Part shown: one piece after another, positions 42,115 to 50,981 of the stretch | Numbering within the stretch: position 1 is the first letter of the stretch | Layout of the letters: each line of letters starts with the position of its first letter | Source: Planctomycetota bacterium | Lineage (GTDB): Bacteria > Planctomycetota > UBA8108 > SXIK01 | DNA length: 64,000 nucleotides | Assembly (NCBI GenBank): GCA_965223845.1 | Contig: CBDCXR010000004.1 | Location: forward strand, 3,840,001-3,904,000 | Direction: 5' to 3' | The notes under the pieces: model-generated | Database searches by the model: none | Told to the model about the DNA's origin: nothing | What the model saw: only the letters and a program-made list of their open reading frames with translations | Program-made: the position numbers and the translations under genes

Positions 42115-42513
42115 AGGATTCCTCCCAGAGAAATTCATGCGGACGCCGAACGGATCAGCGCCGATTTCCGACTTCGCTCACAATACGGTCCCGAGCGACA
42201 ACACGCGACGCGATCGGAAGCGGTGGATCGCGCTCGGTGCGTCGACGCGTACATGCGACGCCGAGGGCCGCTTTGGGCCAGTCGGAGATTGTCGCCGGAC
42301 GTTATCAACGGGCCGCTCGCCTCGGTCGGCGAGATGAGAGCCACTCGTTACCGACCGAGTGGACGTGCAACCCCCCGGCGGCGATCGACAGCACGCTGGC
42401 GCAAGGAAATCCAGCGGATCGCGACGACATTCCGACGTGGGAACTCCCCACGGAGTACGGCACGATCGGAACATCGCTCAACCGAAGAATCCTTGAACAG
42501 CAGGCTGACAAGC
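42115..42513 (-). ncRNA. Candidate structured 5' leader (cis-regulatory RNA) of fae
   Basis: At least five hairpins, tandem G-U pairs only on the minus strand, complementary loops; upstream TTGCCA-N18-TATACG. Confidence 0.4.
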
Positions 42514-42518
42514 CCAGT

Positions 42519-42548
42519 CGTATACCAAAAGCGCGCTCTCGATGGCAA
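42519..42548 (-). promoter_or_regulatory. Putative sigma-70 promoter for fae-mtdC
   Basis: TTGCCA (42548-42543), 18 nt, then TATACG (42524-42519) with an extended TG. Confidence 0.4.
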
Positions 42549-42695
42549 ATCCAAATCGCGCCCGGAGTTGGGGATGAGGCCCGCCCGGCGGACGGCAGGC
42601 GAATCTCGGACCGATCGGCCGGTGCGCCTCCTACTCGACGTGCGAAGGGACCGGCCGGGCGGCGGCCTTCGATCGCTCGCGGCTCCGATCTCGCC

Positions 42696-43928
42696 GTGAT
42701 CGCGTCGTCGAGTGAACGAGTGCCGCGGGTTTCGGTCTTCGGCGCGAGCGCACGCGCCGCTTGCGCCTCGCTCCGGCGCGCCGGAATCGAGGCGTGGGCC
42801 GCGGATCGGTTCGACGACGCGGATCTCAGCGCGTCCGCTCGGGTCGTCTCCGCGAGCGGCAATTGGCCCGAGAGGCTTTGCGACGCGATCGAAGCGACGC
42901 CACGCGGGCAGCCGTGGATCTACTCGGGAGCGCTCGAGAATCATCCGGAGCTCGTCAGCCGAATGGAGCGTCGCCGGCCGCTTCTCGGCTGCCCGGCGGA
43001 AGTGCTCGCGCGGGTTCGCGATCCGTTCCGTCTCGCGCGCGCGGTTCCGATGCCGGAGTTGTCGCGAGCGCCTCCGCCGAAGGGCGGCGGCGAGTGGCTC
43101 CTCAAGCCGTATCGGAGCGCCGGAGGGGCCGGGGTTCGCCTCGCGGCTGCCTGCGTGCGCGACGATCGCGCGAACGTTCGCTCGACCGCGTCTGCGTACT
43201 GGCAGCGTCGAGTCGACGGCGAATCGCGCTCGGCCCTCTTCGTCGCGACTCGACGCGGCGCCCGATTCGTCGGCGCGACTCTCCAGCTCGCCGGCGTACC
43301 GTGGCTCGGTGCCGCCGATTACCTGTGGTGCGGGAACGTCGCCCCGCTCTCCGTCTCCTCCGCCGAACGACGCGAGCTCTGCGCCATCGCGTGGACGATC
43401 ACCTCGGAGATGGGCCTCACCGGCGTATTCGGAATCGACTACATCCGTTCCGGGGAGCCGCACGCGCCTCGCATCTCGATCCTCGAGTGCAATCCGCGCT
43501 ACCCGGCTTCGCTCGAACTGTTCGAGTTCGCCGCCCGCCGACCGCTGATCGGCCTTCACATCGCCGCGGCGTCGAGACCCGACGCGACGCTCCCGGCCCT
43601 CGAGCCCATCGCCGCGCGCCGCTTGTTTGCGCGGGGAGTTCTCTACGCGCGTCGTGACATCGCGAGCTTCCCGATCGTTCGACCCCGGACGCGAAGCGAT
43701 CGCTTCGCGTTCCCGCGGTGGGCCGACATCCCCGCTCCCGATCGACGCATCGCTGCCGGCGAGCCGATCTTCAGCCTCTATGCGAGCGGCTCGAGCCCAG
43801 AGTCCTGCGTGGCACGTCTGCGACGCACCGCCGCTCGCTGCGTCTCGAGACTCGAGAGCTCGGGGGACGAACCTCGCGCCGGAGACTCGAGCGGACTCGA
43901 AGAGCGAGCTCGGTTGCGCTTGCTATGA
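42696..43928 (+). CDS. ATP-grasp protein of the H4MPT/methanofuran C1 cluster
   Basis: GASARAACAS..RAG...ADRFDDADL, IYSGALENHP, WLLKPYRSAGGAG, GVFGIDY, LECNPRYPAS; lies directly before fhcBADC. Start uncertain (GTG 42696 or 42720). Confidence 0.82.
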   Translation: MIASSSERVPRVSVFGASARAACASLRRAGIEAWAADRFDDADLSASARVVSASGNWPERLCDAIEATPRGQPWIYSGALENHPELVSRMERRRPLLGCPAEVLARVRDPFRLARAVPMPELSRAPPPKGGGEWLLKPYRSAGGAGVRLAAACVRDDRANVRSTASAYWQRRVDGESRSALFVATRRGARFVGATLQLAGVPWLGAADYLWCGNVAPLSVSSAERRELCAIAWTITSEMGLTGVFGIDYIRSGEPHAPRISILECNPRYPASLELFEFAARRPLIGLHIAAASRPDATLPALEPIAARRLFARGVLYARRDIASFPIVRPRTRSDRFAFPRWADIPAPDRRIAAGEPIFSLYASGSSPESCVARLRRTAARCVSRLESSGDEPRAGDSSGLEERARLRLL

Positions 43929-44040
43929 AGATCGATTTTGGGTTCACTCTCCGCGGGGCTCGGTTCGGACGCGGAATTCGAGTTCGGCGGAGTGACGAGA
44001 GCGGTGCGAGGGGAGTAGCATCGCAGGAAGGGAGAGCGGG

Positions 44041-45318
44041 ATGACCGACGCCGCGTCGGGATCCATCGAGATTCCCCACGGAGTCGCGGTCGGCTGCGGC
44101 GACTTCTGTCCGGACGTGTCGGTTCGGTTCGACGCCGGCGAGTGCGTGGGCGTCGAGCGCGCGTGCGGCGCGTGCGAGGACTTTCTGCGAGCGCTCGCCC
44201 CACTCCCCGATCGAGGACTCTCCGCGCGCATCGGCGGCGAAGCCGCGACCGTTGACGATGCGCTCACGCGCGCGGGTGAGCTCTCGCGGGCCGCAAACGC
44301 ACCGGTCGTCTGCGGCCTTCGTGATCTCACCTTGGAGTCGCTCGAGCGTGCCGTCGAGCTCGCGCGCAAACTCGGTGCGGTTCTCATTCCGGACCCGCCG
44401 ATCGGAGACGCGCTCACCCGTGCGGGGATCGATGTCCCGGACTCGTCGGTGTCCCAAGGTGAAGTTGCCGCCGATGCGGACTGCATCGTTCTCTGGGGAC
44501 GAGATTGCGAAGTCGTGAGACGCCTCGCGGCTCGTCCGCTTCGCCGCGGCGGCGAACGACGGTTCCTGACGATCGGAAGCGGCGCCGGCTCGAGCGATCC
44601 GAGCGAGACGATCGCGCTTCCGCCCGACGTCCACCTCGGTGATCTCCAGGTGGCCCGCGCATTCGCGCTCGCGATTCGCCCCGCCGCGAATCGACGGTCG
44701 GGCGACGCGTCTCCGTCGGTTTCGTCGGCGGGTGCGGCACTCGAGCAAGCGGTCGCCGGCTCACGCTACACGCACTTCGTTCTCGATCCCGCGGTGAAAG
44801 CGTTTCGTGCGGTGCGCGACACTCTCCAGCGCGTCGCCGCGGAAGTTCGCGAGCGCCATCGCATCACCGTGAGCACGCGTCCCGAACGGGGGAACCTTCG
44901 CGGCCTCGTCGAGGTGCTCACGTGGACTACGGGCTCCGTAGGCGCGCTCGACTTCAGCGTGCTCGACGGTTCCGGGGCGAGTCCGAACGAACCGGAGAAT
45001 CTGGGGCCGTGGCGGGCCGATGACGTCATCGCCGAGCGCCGAGCGGATCTCGTCATCGCGCTCGGCTCGACCGACGTCTTCGCCCGGTGTCGCCGGTGCC
45101 CATCGATGCGCGCCATCGCGATCGGTCCGGCGCCGGACCCGAGCGCGGACGTCGCTCTCCGCTCGCCCGGACTCGACCCGCGGCTCACGGCCTCGGTCGT
45201 CCGCTCGGACGGTGTGTTTCTCGAGCTCTCCGGAGCGAGCCCCGACGGCGTGCGAGATCCCGTCGCGACGTTTCTCGAGCGCTGGAACGATCGCCTGAGC
45301 ACGGGGAGCGACGCGTGA
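44041..45318 (+). CDS. fhcB: Formyltransferase/hydrolase complex subunit B (degenerate FwdB homologue)
   Basis: GCGDFCPDV, AVELARKLGAV, SQGEVAADAD, GNLRGLVEVLTWTTG, VVRSDGV; first gene of the BADC operon. Confidence 0.78.
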   Translation: MTDAASGSIEIPHGVAVGCGDFCPDVSVRFDAGECVGVERACGACEDFLRALAPLPDRGLSARIGGEAATVDDALTRAGELSRAANAPVVCGLRDLTLESLERAVELARKLGAVLIPDPPIGDALTRAGIDVPDSSVSQGEVAADADCIVLWGRDCEVVRRLAARPLRRGGERRFLTIGSGAGSSDPSETIALPPDVHLGDLQVARAFALAIRPAANRRSGDASPSVSSAGAALEQAVAGSRYTHFVLDPAVKAFRAVRDTLQRVAAEVRERHRITVSTRPERGNLRGLVEVLTWTTGSVGALDFSVLDGSGASPNEPENLGPWRADDVIAERRADLVIALGSTDVFARCRRCPSMRAIAIGPAPDPSADVALRSPGLDPRLTASVVRSDGVFLELSGASPDGVRDPVATFLERWNDRLSTGSDA

Positions 45319-46916
45319 AGGTCTGCGTTCGCGGCGGCCGCGTCTACGACCCGACGAACCGACGTGCCGGCGACGTTGCCGACATCGCGATCGACGGCGA
45401 CCGCATCGTCTCGAGCGATGGCTTCGAGCCCGAGCGCGTGATCGATGCGACCGGCGGCATCGTGATGGCCGGCGGTGTCGACATGCACTCCCACATCGCC
45501 GGACCGATGGTGAACCGTGCTCGACGCCTCCTCGCGGAGACGTCTCCGGGCGCGCGCGCCGCGCCGCCGCTCGTGCCGTCGTCGTCCTTGACGGGACGTC
45601 TCTACGCGGCGCTCGGCTACACGACGGCGATCGATGCCGCCGTTGCGCCCACCGGCGCGCGACAGTGCTACCGCGAGATCGCCGCGACCGACCACCTCGA
45701 TTGCGGCTTTCTTCTTCTCCTCGCGAACCACGAGGGCCTAATCGACCGACTCGCACGCGGCGAGCGGACCGCCGCGGTGGAGATGGCTCGCAGCCTTCTC
45801 GTCCGAACCGGCGCGTTCGGCATCAAGGCCGTCAATCCAGGCGGTGTCGCACGCTGGAAGCACGGCGCCGACCCCGTCACGACACTCGACGACCGAATCG
45901 GCAGCACGGATGTGACTCCGGGCCACATCCTCGAGCTTCTGGCGGACGTGGCGGAGGAATCTCGACTCCCCCACCCGCTTCACATCCACTGCAACCGCCT
46001 CGGCACGCCGATGAACATCGAGACGACGCTCGCGACGTCGGTTCGTCTCGCCGGGCGCCGGCATCACCTCGCGCACGTTCAGTTCCACGCGTACGGCGCG
46101 AGCTCGAGCGGCGCCCTCGCGAGCGCCGCCTCGAGACTCGCCGAATACTTGAATCAAACACCGACGGTCACGGTGGACATCGGCCAAGTCATGCTCGACG
46201 AAGCCTTGACGCTGAGCGCAGACGAAGCGCTCGAGCATCGCCTGTGGCGTCTCACCGGGAAGCGCTACGTCAATCACGACGTCGAGCTCGAAACGGGATG
46301 CGGGATGGTCGAGTTTCGTTACCTCCCGCGCTCCCGCCTTCACGCTCTTCAATGGGCGGTCGGTCTCGAGCTTCTTCTTCTCGTTCGCGATCCGTGGCAG
46401 ATCGCACTCACGACGGATCACCCGAACGGCGGATCCTTTCTCAAATACCCGAAACTGATCGCGCAGCTCATGAGCCGAGACGTTCGTCGCGAGGCGATGC
46501 TCCAGGCGAATGCAGATGCGATCGCGGGTACGAATCTCCCGGATCTCAGCCGCGAATATTCGCTCGCCGAGATCGCCGTCGTCACTCGAGCGGGTCCCGC
46601 GCGCATTCTCGGCCTCGAGCGAAAAGGGCACCTCGGGGTCGGCGCCGACGCGGATGTCGTCGTTTACGATGACCTGTCCGACCGCGAAAAAATGTTTCGT
46701 ACCCCTCGCTACGTACTTCGCAGCGGCCGAGTGATCGCCGAGAACGGAGAACCGATCACCCGCGGAACGGGACGCGTTCTTCGAGCCGTGATCGGTGACG
46801 ACGGAGTCGACGAGGCACCGCTCCGCCGCTGGTTCGATGCCTACGGATCGTATCCGCTCGATCAGCTCGGACCTCGACGCCCCGAGCTCGAAGCCGCTCG
46901 AGCGATCGCGCCATGA
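45315..46916 (+). CDS. fhcA: Formyltransferase/hydrolase complex subunit A (amidohydrolase)
   Basis: GGRVYDPTN, MAGGVDMHSHIAG, GIKAVNPGG, PHPLHIHCNRLG, HVQFHAYG, TTDHPNGG; GTGA overlap with fhcB. Confidence 0.95.
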   Translation: MKVCVRGGRVYDPTNRRAGDVADIAIDGDRIVSSDGFEPERVIDATGGIVMAGGVDMHSHIAGPMVNRARRLLAETSPGARAAPPLVPSSSLTGRLYAALGYTTAIDAAVAPTGARQCYREIAATDHLDCGFLLLLANHEGLIDRLARGERTAAVEMARSLLVRTGAFGIKAVNPGGVARWKHGADPVTTLDDRIGSTDVTPGHILELLADVAEESRLPHPLHIHCNRLGTPMNIETTLATSVRLAGRRHHLAHVQFHAYGASSSGALASAASRLAEYLNQTPTVTVDIGQVMLDEALTLSADEALEHRLWRLTGKRYVNHDVELETGCGMVEFRYLPRSRLHALQWAVGLELLLLVRDPWQIALTTDHPNGGSFLKYPKLIAQLMSRDVRREAMLQANADAIAGTNLPDLSREYSLAEIAVVTRAGPARILGLERKGHLGVGADADVVVYDDLSDREKMFRTPRYVLRSGRVIAENGEPITRGTGRVLRAVIGDDGVDEAPLRRWFDAYGSYPLDQLGPRRPELEAARAIAP

Positions 46917-47803
46917 AGATCGACGGCACGACGATCGACGACACGTTCGCCGAAGCGTTTCGGATGCGCTACATCCGGCTCATAATCACCGCGGTCGACC
47001 CGCACTGGGTCGACTGCGCGTCGCGCGAGCTGACCGGTTACGGGACCTCCATCATCGCGTGCGACGCCGAAGCGGGAATCGAGCATCCGATCGCGGCGGA
47101 TGCTTCTCCCGACGGGCGGCCCGGCGCGGCACTTCTCTTCTTCGGGTTCTCGGCGGAAGCGCTCGGGAACGCTCTCGTCCGCCGCGTGGGTCAGTGCTTG
47201 ATGACCTGCCCGACGTCGGCCGGCTACGACGGCCTCCCGACGGGCGACACGCGGGTGCCGCTCGGGAAGCATCTGCGCTTCTTCGGAGACGGTTATCAGC
47301 GAAGCAAGGTGATCGCCGGGCGGCGATTTTGGCGGGTGCCGGTGATGGACGGCGAGTTCCTCTGCGAAGAGTCGGCGGGAGTCGAGAAGGGGATCGCCGG
47401 TGGGAACATCATCGTTCAAGGAACTTCGCAGGCAGCAGCGCTCGAAGCCGCGCGGGCGGCGGTCGAGGCGATCGCCCTGCTGCCCGGAGTCATCACGCCG
47501 TTTCCGGGTGGTGTGGTGCGAAGCGGGAGCAAAGTCGGCTCGCGCTACCGCGCGCTCAAGGCCTCGACGAACGACGAGTTTTGCCCGTCCGTCCGGAGCC
47601 GAGTGAACTCTCGACTTCATCCCGACGCGACTTGCGCGTACGAAATCGTGATCGACGGAGTCGACGACCCGAGCGTACGCCGCGCGATGGCGACGGCGAT
47701 TCGGGCGGCAGCCACCTCTCGTGACGTCCCGATGATCTCCGCGGGGAACTACGGCGGTAAGCTCGGGAAGTTCCTCTACCCGCTTCGCGAGGTGCTCGAA
47801 TGA
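46913..47803 (+). CDS. fhcD: Formylmethanofuran:H4MPT formyltransferase (Ftr)
   Basis: IDDTFAEAF, TSIIACDAEAGIE, RVGQCLMTCPT, FFGDGYQ, PFPGGVVRSGSKVGS, AGNYGGKLG; ATGA overlap. Confidence 0.97.
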   Translation: MKIDGTTIDDTFAEAFRMRYIRLIITAVDPHWVDCASRELTGYGTSIIACDAEAGIEHPIAADASPDGRPGAALLFFGFSAEALGNALVRRVGQCLMTCPTSAGYDGLPTGDTRVPLGKHLRFFGDGYQRSKVIAGRRFWRVPVMDGEFLCEESAGVEKGIAGGNIIVQGTSQAAALEAARAAVEAIALLPGVITPFPGGVVRSGSKVGSRYRALKASTNDEFCPSVRSRVNSRLHPDATCAYEIVIDGVDDPSVRRAMATAIRAAATSRDVPMISAGNYGGKLGKFLYPLREVLE

Positions 47804-48633
47804 GCGGCGGTTGGACGCTCGCGTGGAAGGAGCGCCTCGCGCCGAACGGCCCGGACGGGATCATCGATGGTCGCTCGCTCCGCCCCGACGCCCTCGCGTC
47901 GCTTTCGCTCGCCGACGTTCGCCGACTGCCGATCCGCGTCGGTCGGCGGCGCCGAACCGTCGACGAGTTGTTCGATGTGACTCCGAGCGATCCCGAGACG
48001 CTGACGGTCGATGGGTCGCCGCGATTCGTTCGTCTCGGCGCGGAGTGCGCGTCGGGTCGACTCGTCGTCCGCGGAAGCGGCGGTGAATTTGTCGGTGCTG
48101 GTCTCCGCGGAGGCGAGATCGTCATCGAAGGCTCCGCCGGCAACGACGTCGGGGCGGCGATGACGAGCGGACTTCTTCGCGTGCGCGGAGATGCGGGCCA
48201 TCGCGTCGGGGGACCGCTCCCCGGGGGAACTCACGGCATGCGCGGGGGCGAGATCGTGATCCACGCTTCGGTCGGCGACGACCTCGGAGCGTGCATGCGC
48301 CGCGGGCTCATCGCGGTCGCCGGAACCGCCGGGGAGTGCGTCGGTCGTCATCTGCGCGCGGGGACGATCCTCGTTGCGACGGGAGAGCTCGTCGCACCCG
48401 GCGTCGGAATGCGACGCGGGAGCATCATCGCGCTCGCGTCGGGGCCGCCGCAGCTTCCCGGCTTCGCTCGCGACGGGCTCGTCGAGCCGGTCTGGCTGCG
48501 CCTCCTCGCAGGACGGCTGCGCGAGCTCCACTTCCCCGATGCGTCCCACCCTTCCTTCCTGCCTCCCGTCATGAGCTCCTGGAGCGGTGACCACCTCGAG
48601 CTGGGCAAGGGCGAGATTCTCGTTCGACCCTAG
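47800..48633 (+). CDS. fhcC: Formyltransferase/hydrolase complex subunit C (GXGXG beta-helix)
   Basis: Repeated G.G..VGA.M.GG.I motifs, GMRGGEI, MRRGLI, C-terminal GDHLELGKGEIL; ATGA overlap. Confidence 0.93.
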   Translation: MSGGWTLAWKERLAPNGPDGIIDGRSLRPDALASLSLADVRRLPIRVGRRRRTVDELFDVTPSDPETLTVDGSPRFVRLGAECASGRLVVRGSGGEFVGAGLRGGEIVIEGSAGNDVGAAMTSGLLRVRGDAGHRVGGPLPGGTHGMRGGEIVIHASVGDDLGACMRRGLIAVAGTAGECVGRHLRAGTILVATGELVAPGVGMRRGSIIALASGPPQLPGFARDGLVEPVWLRLLAGRLRELHFPDASHPSFLPPVMSSWSGDHLELGKGEILVRP

Positions 48634-48835
48634 AACGGTTGTTCGAGCTCGAACGGCTCTCGACGAATCGGCAAGCGACGCACGTCCGATCTACGGACGA
48701 GTCGTTCGAAGTGCAGGCTAAGAAGTCTCCGAGTCTAGTCCGGCGGGATTCTAAGCCTTCACACCCGACGGGTGATCGTCGAAGATGACGCCCGTCTCGC
48801 CTCGACTTCTTCGCAAGAATACTAGGTACTCGTCC

Positions 48836-50461
48836 ATGCTCCCCCACACTTCGCTCCGCCTCGTCGCCCGCACCGGCCTCTTCCTCGCGCTCGCGGCGTT
48901 GCCGGCGTCGGCGGACGAAGAGCCGAACGACGGTATCGACCTTCGCTTCCGCGGCCGAGTGGTCGACGACTCCGGTGCGGTTCGCGTCGTCGAAAAGAAG
49001 GCACGCTGGGGCGGCAAAGACACCGCGGTGATCATCTGCGATATGTGGAACGAGCACTGGTGCCGAGGCGCGACGCGAAGAGTCGCGGAGATGGCTCCGC
49101 GCATGAACGCCGTAATCCAAAAAGCGCGCGCGGCCGGCATGCTCATTATTCACGCCCCGAGCGGCGTGCTCGAGGCGTACAAAGACACGCCGCAGCGAAA
49201 GCTCGCTCAGTCGGCGCCGGCGGCCACACCGAAGGTTCCGCTTCGAGGCTGGTGCTCGCTCGACAAGGATCGCGAGGGCGAGCTGCCGATCGACGATTCC
49301 GATGGCGGCTGCGACTGCGTACCGCAGTGCGCGTCTCGCTCGGCGTGGTCGAAGCAGATCGACACGCTCGAAATCGCCGAAGGCGACGCGATCACGGACA
49401 GCGCGGAAGCGTACAACCTTCTCGAAGAGCGCGGCATCGACAACGTCATCGTCATGGGAGTCCACACGAACATGTGCGTTCTCGGCCGACCGTTCTCGAT
49501 TCGGCAGATGGTGTACCAAGACAAGAACGTCGCACTCGTGCGAGATCTCACCGACACGATGTACAACCCGCGGATGCGTCCGTACGTGAACCACTTTCTC
49601 GGGACGGACCTCGTCGTCGAGCACATCGAGAAGTTCTGGTGCCCGACCGTGACGAGCGCCGATTTTCTCGGCGGCGAACCGTTCCGATTCCGAAACGACG
49701 TGCGCCCGAAGGTTGTTTTTCTCATCGGAGAGCGAGAGTACGACACGAAGACGACGCTCCCGCGCTTCATCGAAACGGTCCTCGTTCCGAACGGTATCCG
49801 CCCGGCGGTCGTGCACGTAAGCGACGACGATCCGAATCACTTTCCCGGGCTCGAGACGGCGCTCGAAGACGCGGACGCGCTCTTCATCAGCGTCCGCCGC
49901 CGAACTCCTCCGACGGCGCAGCTCGAGGCGATTCGCGCTTTCATCGCGTCGGGGAAGGCGATTCTCGGAATCCGGACGGCGAGTCACGCCTTCGATCGAA
50001 AGCTTCCCGACGAGCACCACGGACGATGGGAGGACTTCGATCGCGCCATCTTCGGCGGACATTACCAAGGACACTTCGGGAACAAGCCGGGGAAGGGTGG
50101 AGCGCACACGGTGGTCTGGCCGGCCGCCGGCGCCGAACGCCACCCGATCCTTACGGGCATCGAGCCGAAACGAATCCGCGTGACGTCACACCTCTACCGC
50201 AATCGGGACCTCGCCCGCACGACGTCGACGCTCCTCGTCGGCAAGCTCGAAGACCGACCCGGCGTCGAGCCGGTCGCGTGGACGAACGAAGCGACGCAGC
50301 GCGTCTTCTACACCTCGCTGGGCAACCCAGACGACTTCGCCGAGCCGATGTTCCAGCGGCTCCTTCTCAACGCCGTCCTCTGGGCGACGAGCGCTCCGAT
50401 TCCAAAGAAGGTCACACTCGAAGCCCCCGCGACGGCGGCGTCGGTCAACGACCCGCACTGA
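48836..50461 (+). CDS. Exported isochorismatase-like cysteine hydrolase fused to a ThuA-like (GATase-fold) domain
   Basis: Signal peptide; TAVIICDMW, IIHAPS, MGVHTNMCV; second domain LIGEREY, GIRTASHAF, RVFYTSLGNPDDF. Confidence 0.88.
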   Translation: MLPHTSLRLVARTGLFLALAALPASADEEPNDGIDLRFRGRVVDDSGAVRVVEKKARWGGKDTAVIICDMWNEHWCRGATRRVAEMAPRMNAVIQKARAAGMLIIHAPSGVLEAYKDTPQRKLAQSAPAATPKVPLRGWCSLDKDREGELPIDDSDGGCDCVPQCASRSAWSKQIDTLEIAEGDAITDSAEAYNLLEERGIDNVIVMGVHTNMCVLGRPFSIRQMVYQDKNVALVRDLTDTMYNPRMRPYVNHFLGTDLVVEHIEKFWCPTVTSADFLGGEPFRFRNDVRPKVVFLIGEREYDTKTTLPRFIETVLVPNGIRPAVVHVSDDDPNHFPGLETALEDADALFISVRRRTPPTAQLEAIRAFIASGKAILGIRTASHAFDRKLPDEHHGRWEDFDRAIFGGHYQGHFGNKPGKGGAHTVVWPAAGAERHPILTGIEPKRIRVTSHLYRNRDLARTTSTLLVGKLEDRPGVEPVAWTNEATQRVFYTSLGNPDDFAEPMFQRLLLNAVLWATSAPIPKKVTLEAPATAASVNDPH

Positions 50462-50981
50462 GCGCGCGAAGCTGCCGCTTGTAGATCGCCCGCACCGCGG
50501 CGAAATCGCCGTCGTAGAGCCGCGCGCGAAAATCGGGAAACGTCCAGTCGTAGGGACGGTACTCGCCCTCGTAGTAGCGGGCGACGATGTCCGCGTAGAC
50601 GCCGCGCCCGAGGTGAATCTTCTGCGCGTCGTACTTGAGCGAACCGAGGACGATCTTGTGGATGTCGAAGTACCCGACGTCGATGTTCGCGCGACGCGCG
50701 CCGCCCGCGCGGAACGCGTCCTCGATGGCGACGGCCTCGTGCTTGCGCGCGACCAGCGCTTCGGGCGCGTCGAGGCGCTCGAACGAGACGATGGCGCGCG
50801 CGAGTCCCGCGCCCATCTCCGGTTCGTAGTAATTTGTCACCTTGAACGGGACGAGCTCACCGGCGTGATCGACCGCCCCCCAACGCACGACGCATTCGTC
50901 TAGCACCGCTCCGAGATCGACGCCGGGTGCTGCGAGAACGGCGGCGAACACCTTGACCGGCTCAGGCGCGCGGGCAGCCAT
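50445..50981 (-). CDS. DUF4416 family protein
   Basis: TNYYEPEMG, RRANIDVGY, IHLGRGVYAD, YDWTFPDFR. Confidence 0.85.
   Translation of the reverse strand: MAARAPEPVKVFAAVLAAPGVDLGAVLDECVVRWGAVDHAGELVPFKVTNYYEPEMGAGLARAIVSFERLDAPEALVARKHEAVAIEDAFRAGGARRANIDVGYFDIHKIVLGSLKYDAQKIHLGRGVYADIVARYYEGEYRPYDWTFPDFRARLYDGDFAAVRAIYKRQLRALSAGR

Noticed and set aside
42237-42695. N-terminal extension of the ATP-grasp ORF, and small ORFs in the fae upstream region
   Set aside because: Family similarity begins only near 42720; the extension has no coding features and overlaps the fae promoter and leader.
44041-48633. Methanogen-type formylmethanofuran dehydrogenase or methanogenesis
   Set aside because: Subunit B lacks the catalytic and cluster ligands, there is no fwdD/F/G or mcr, and the BADC order with Ftr indicates bacterial Fhc.
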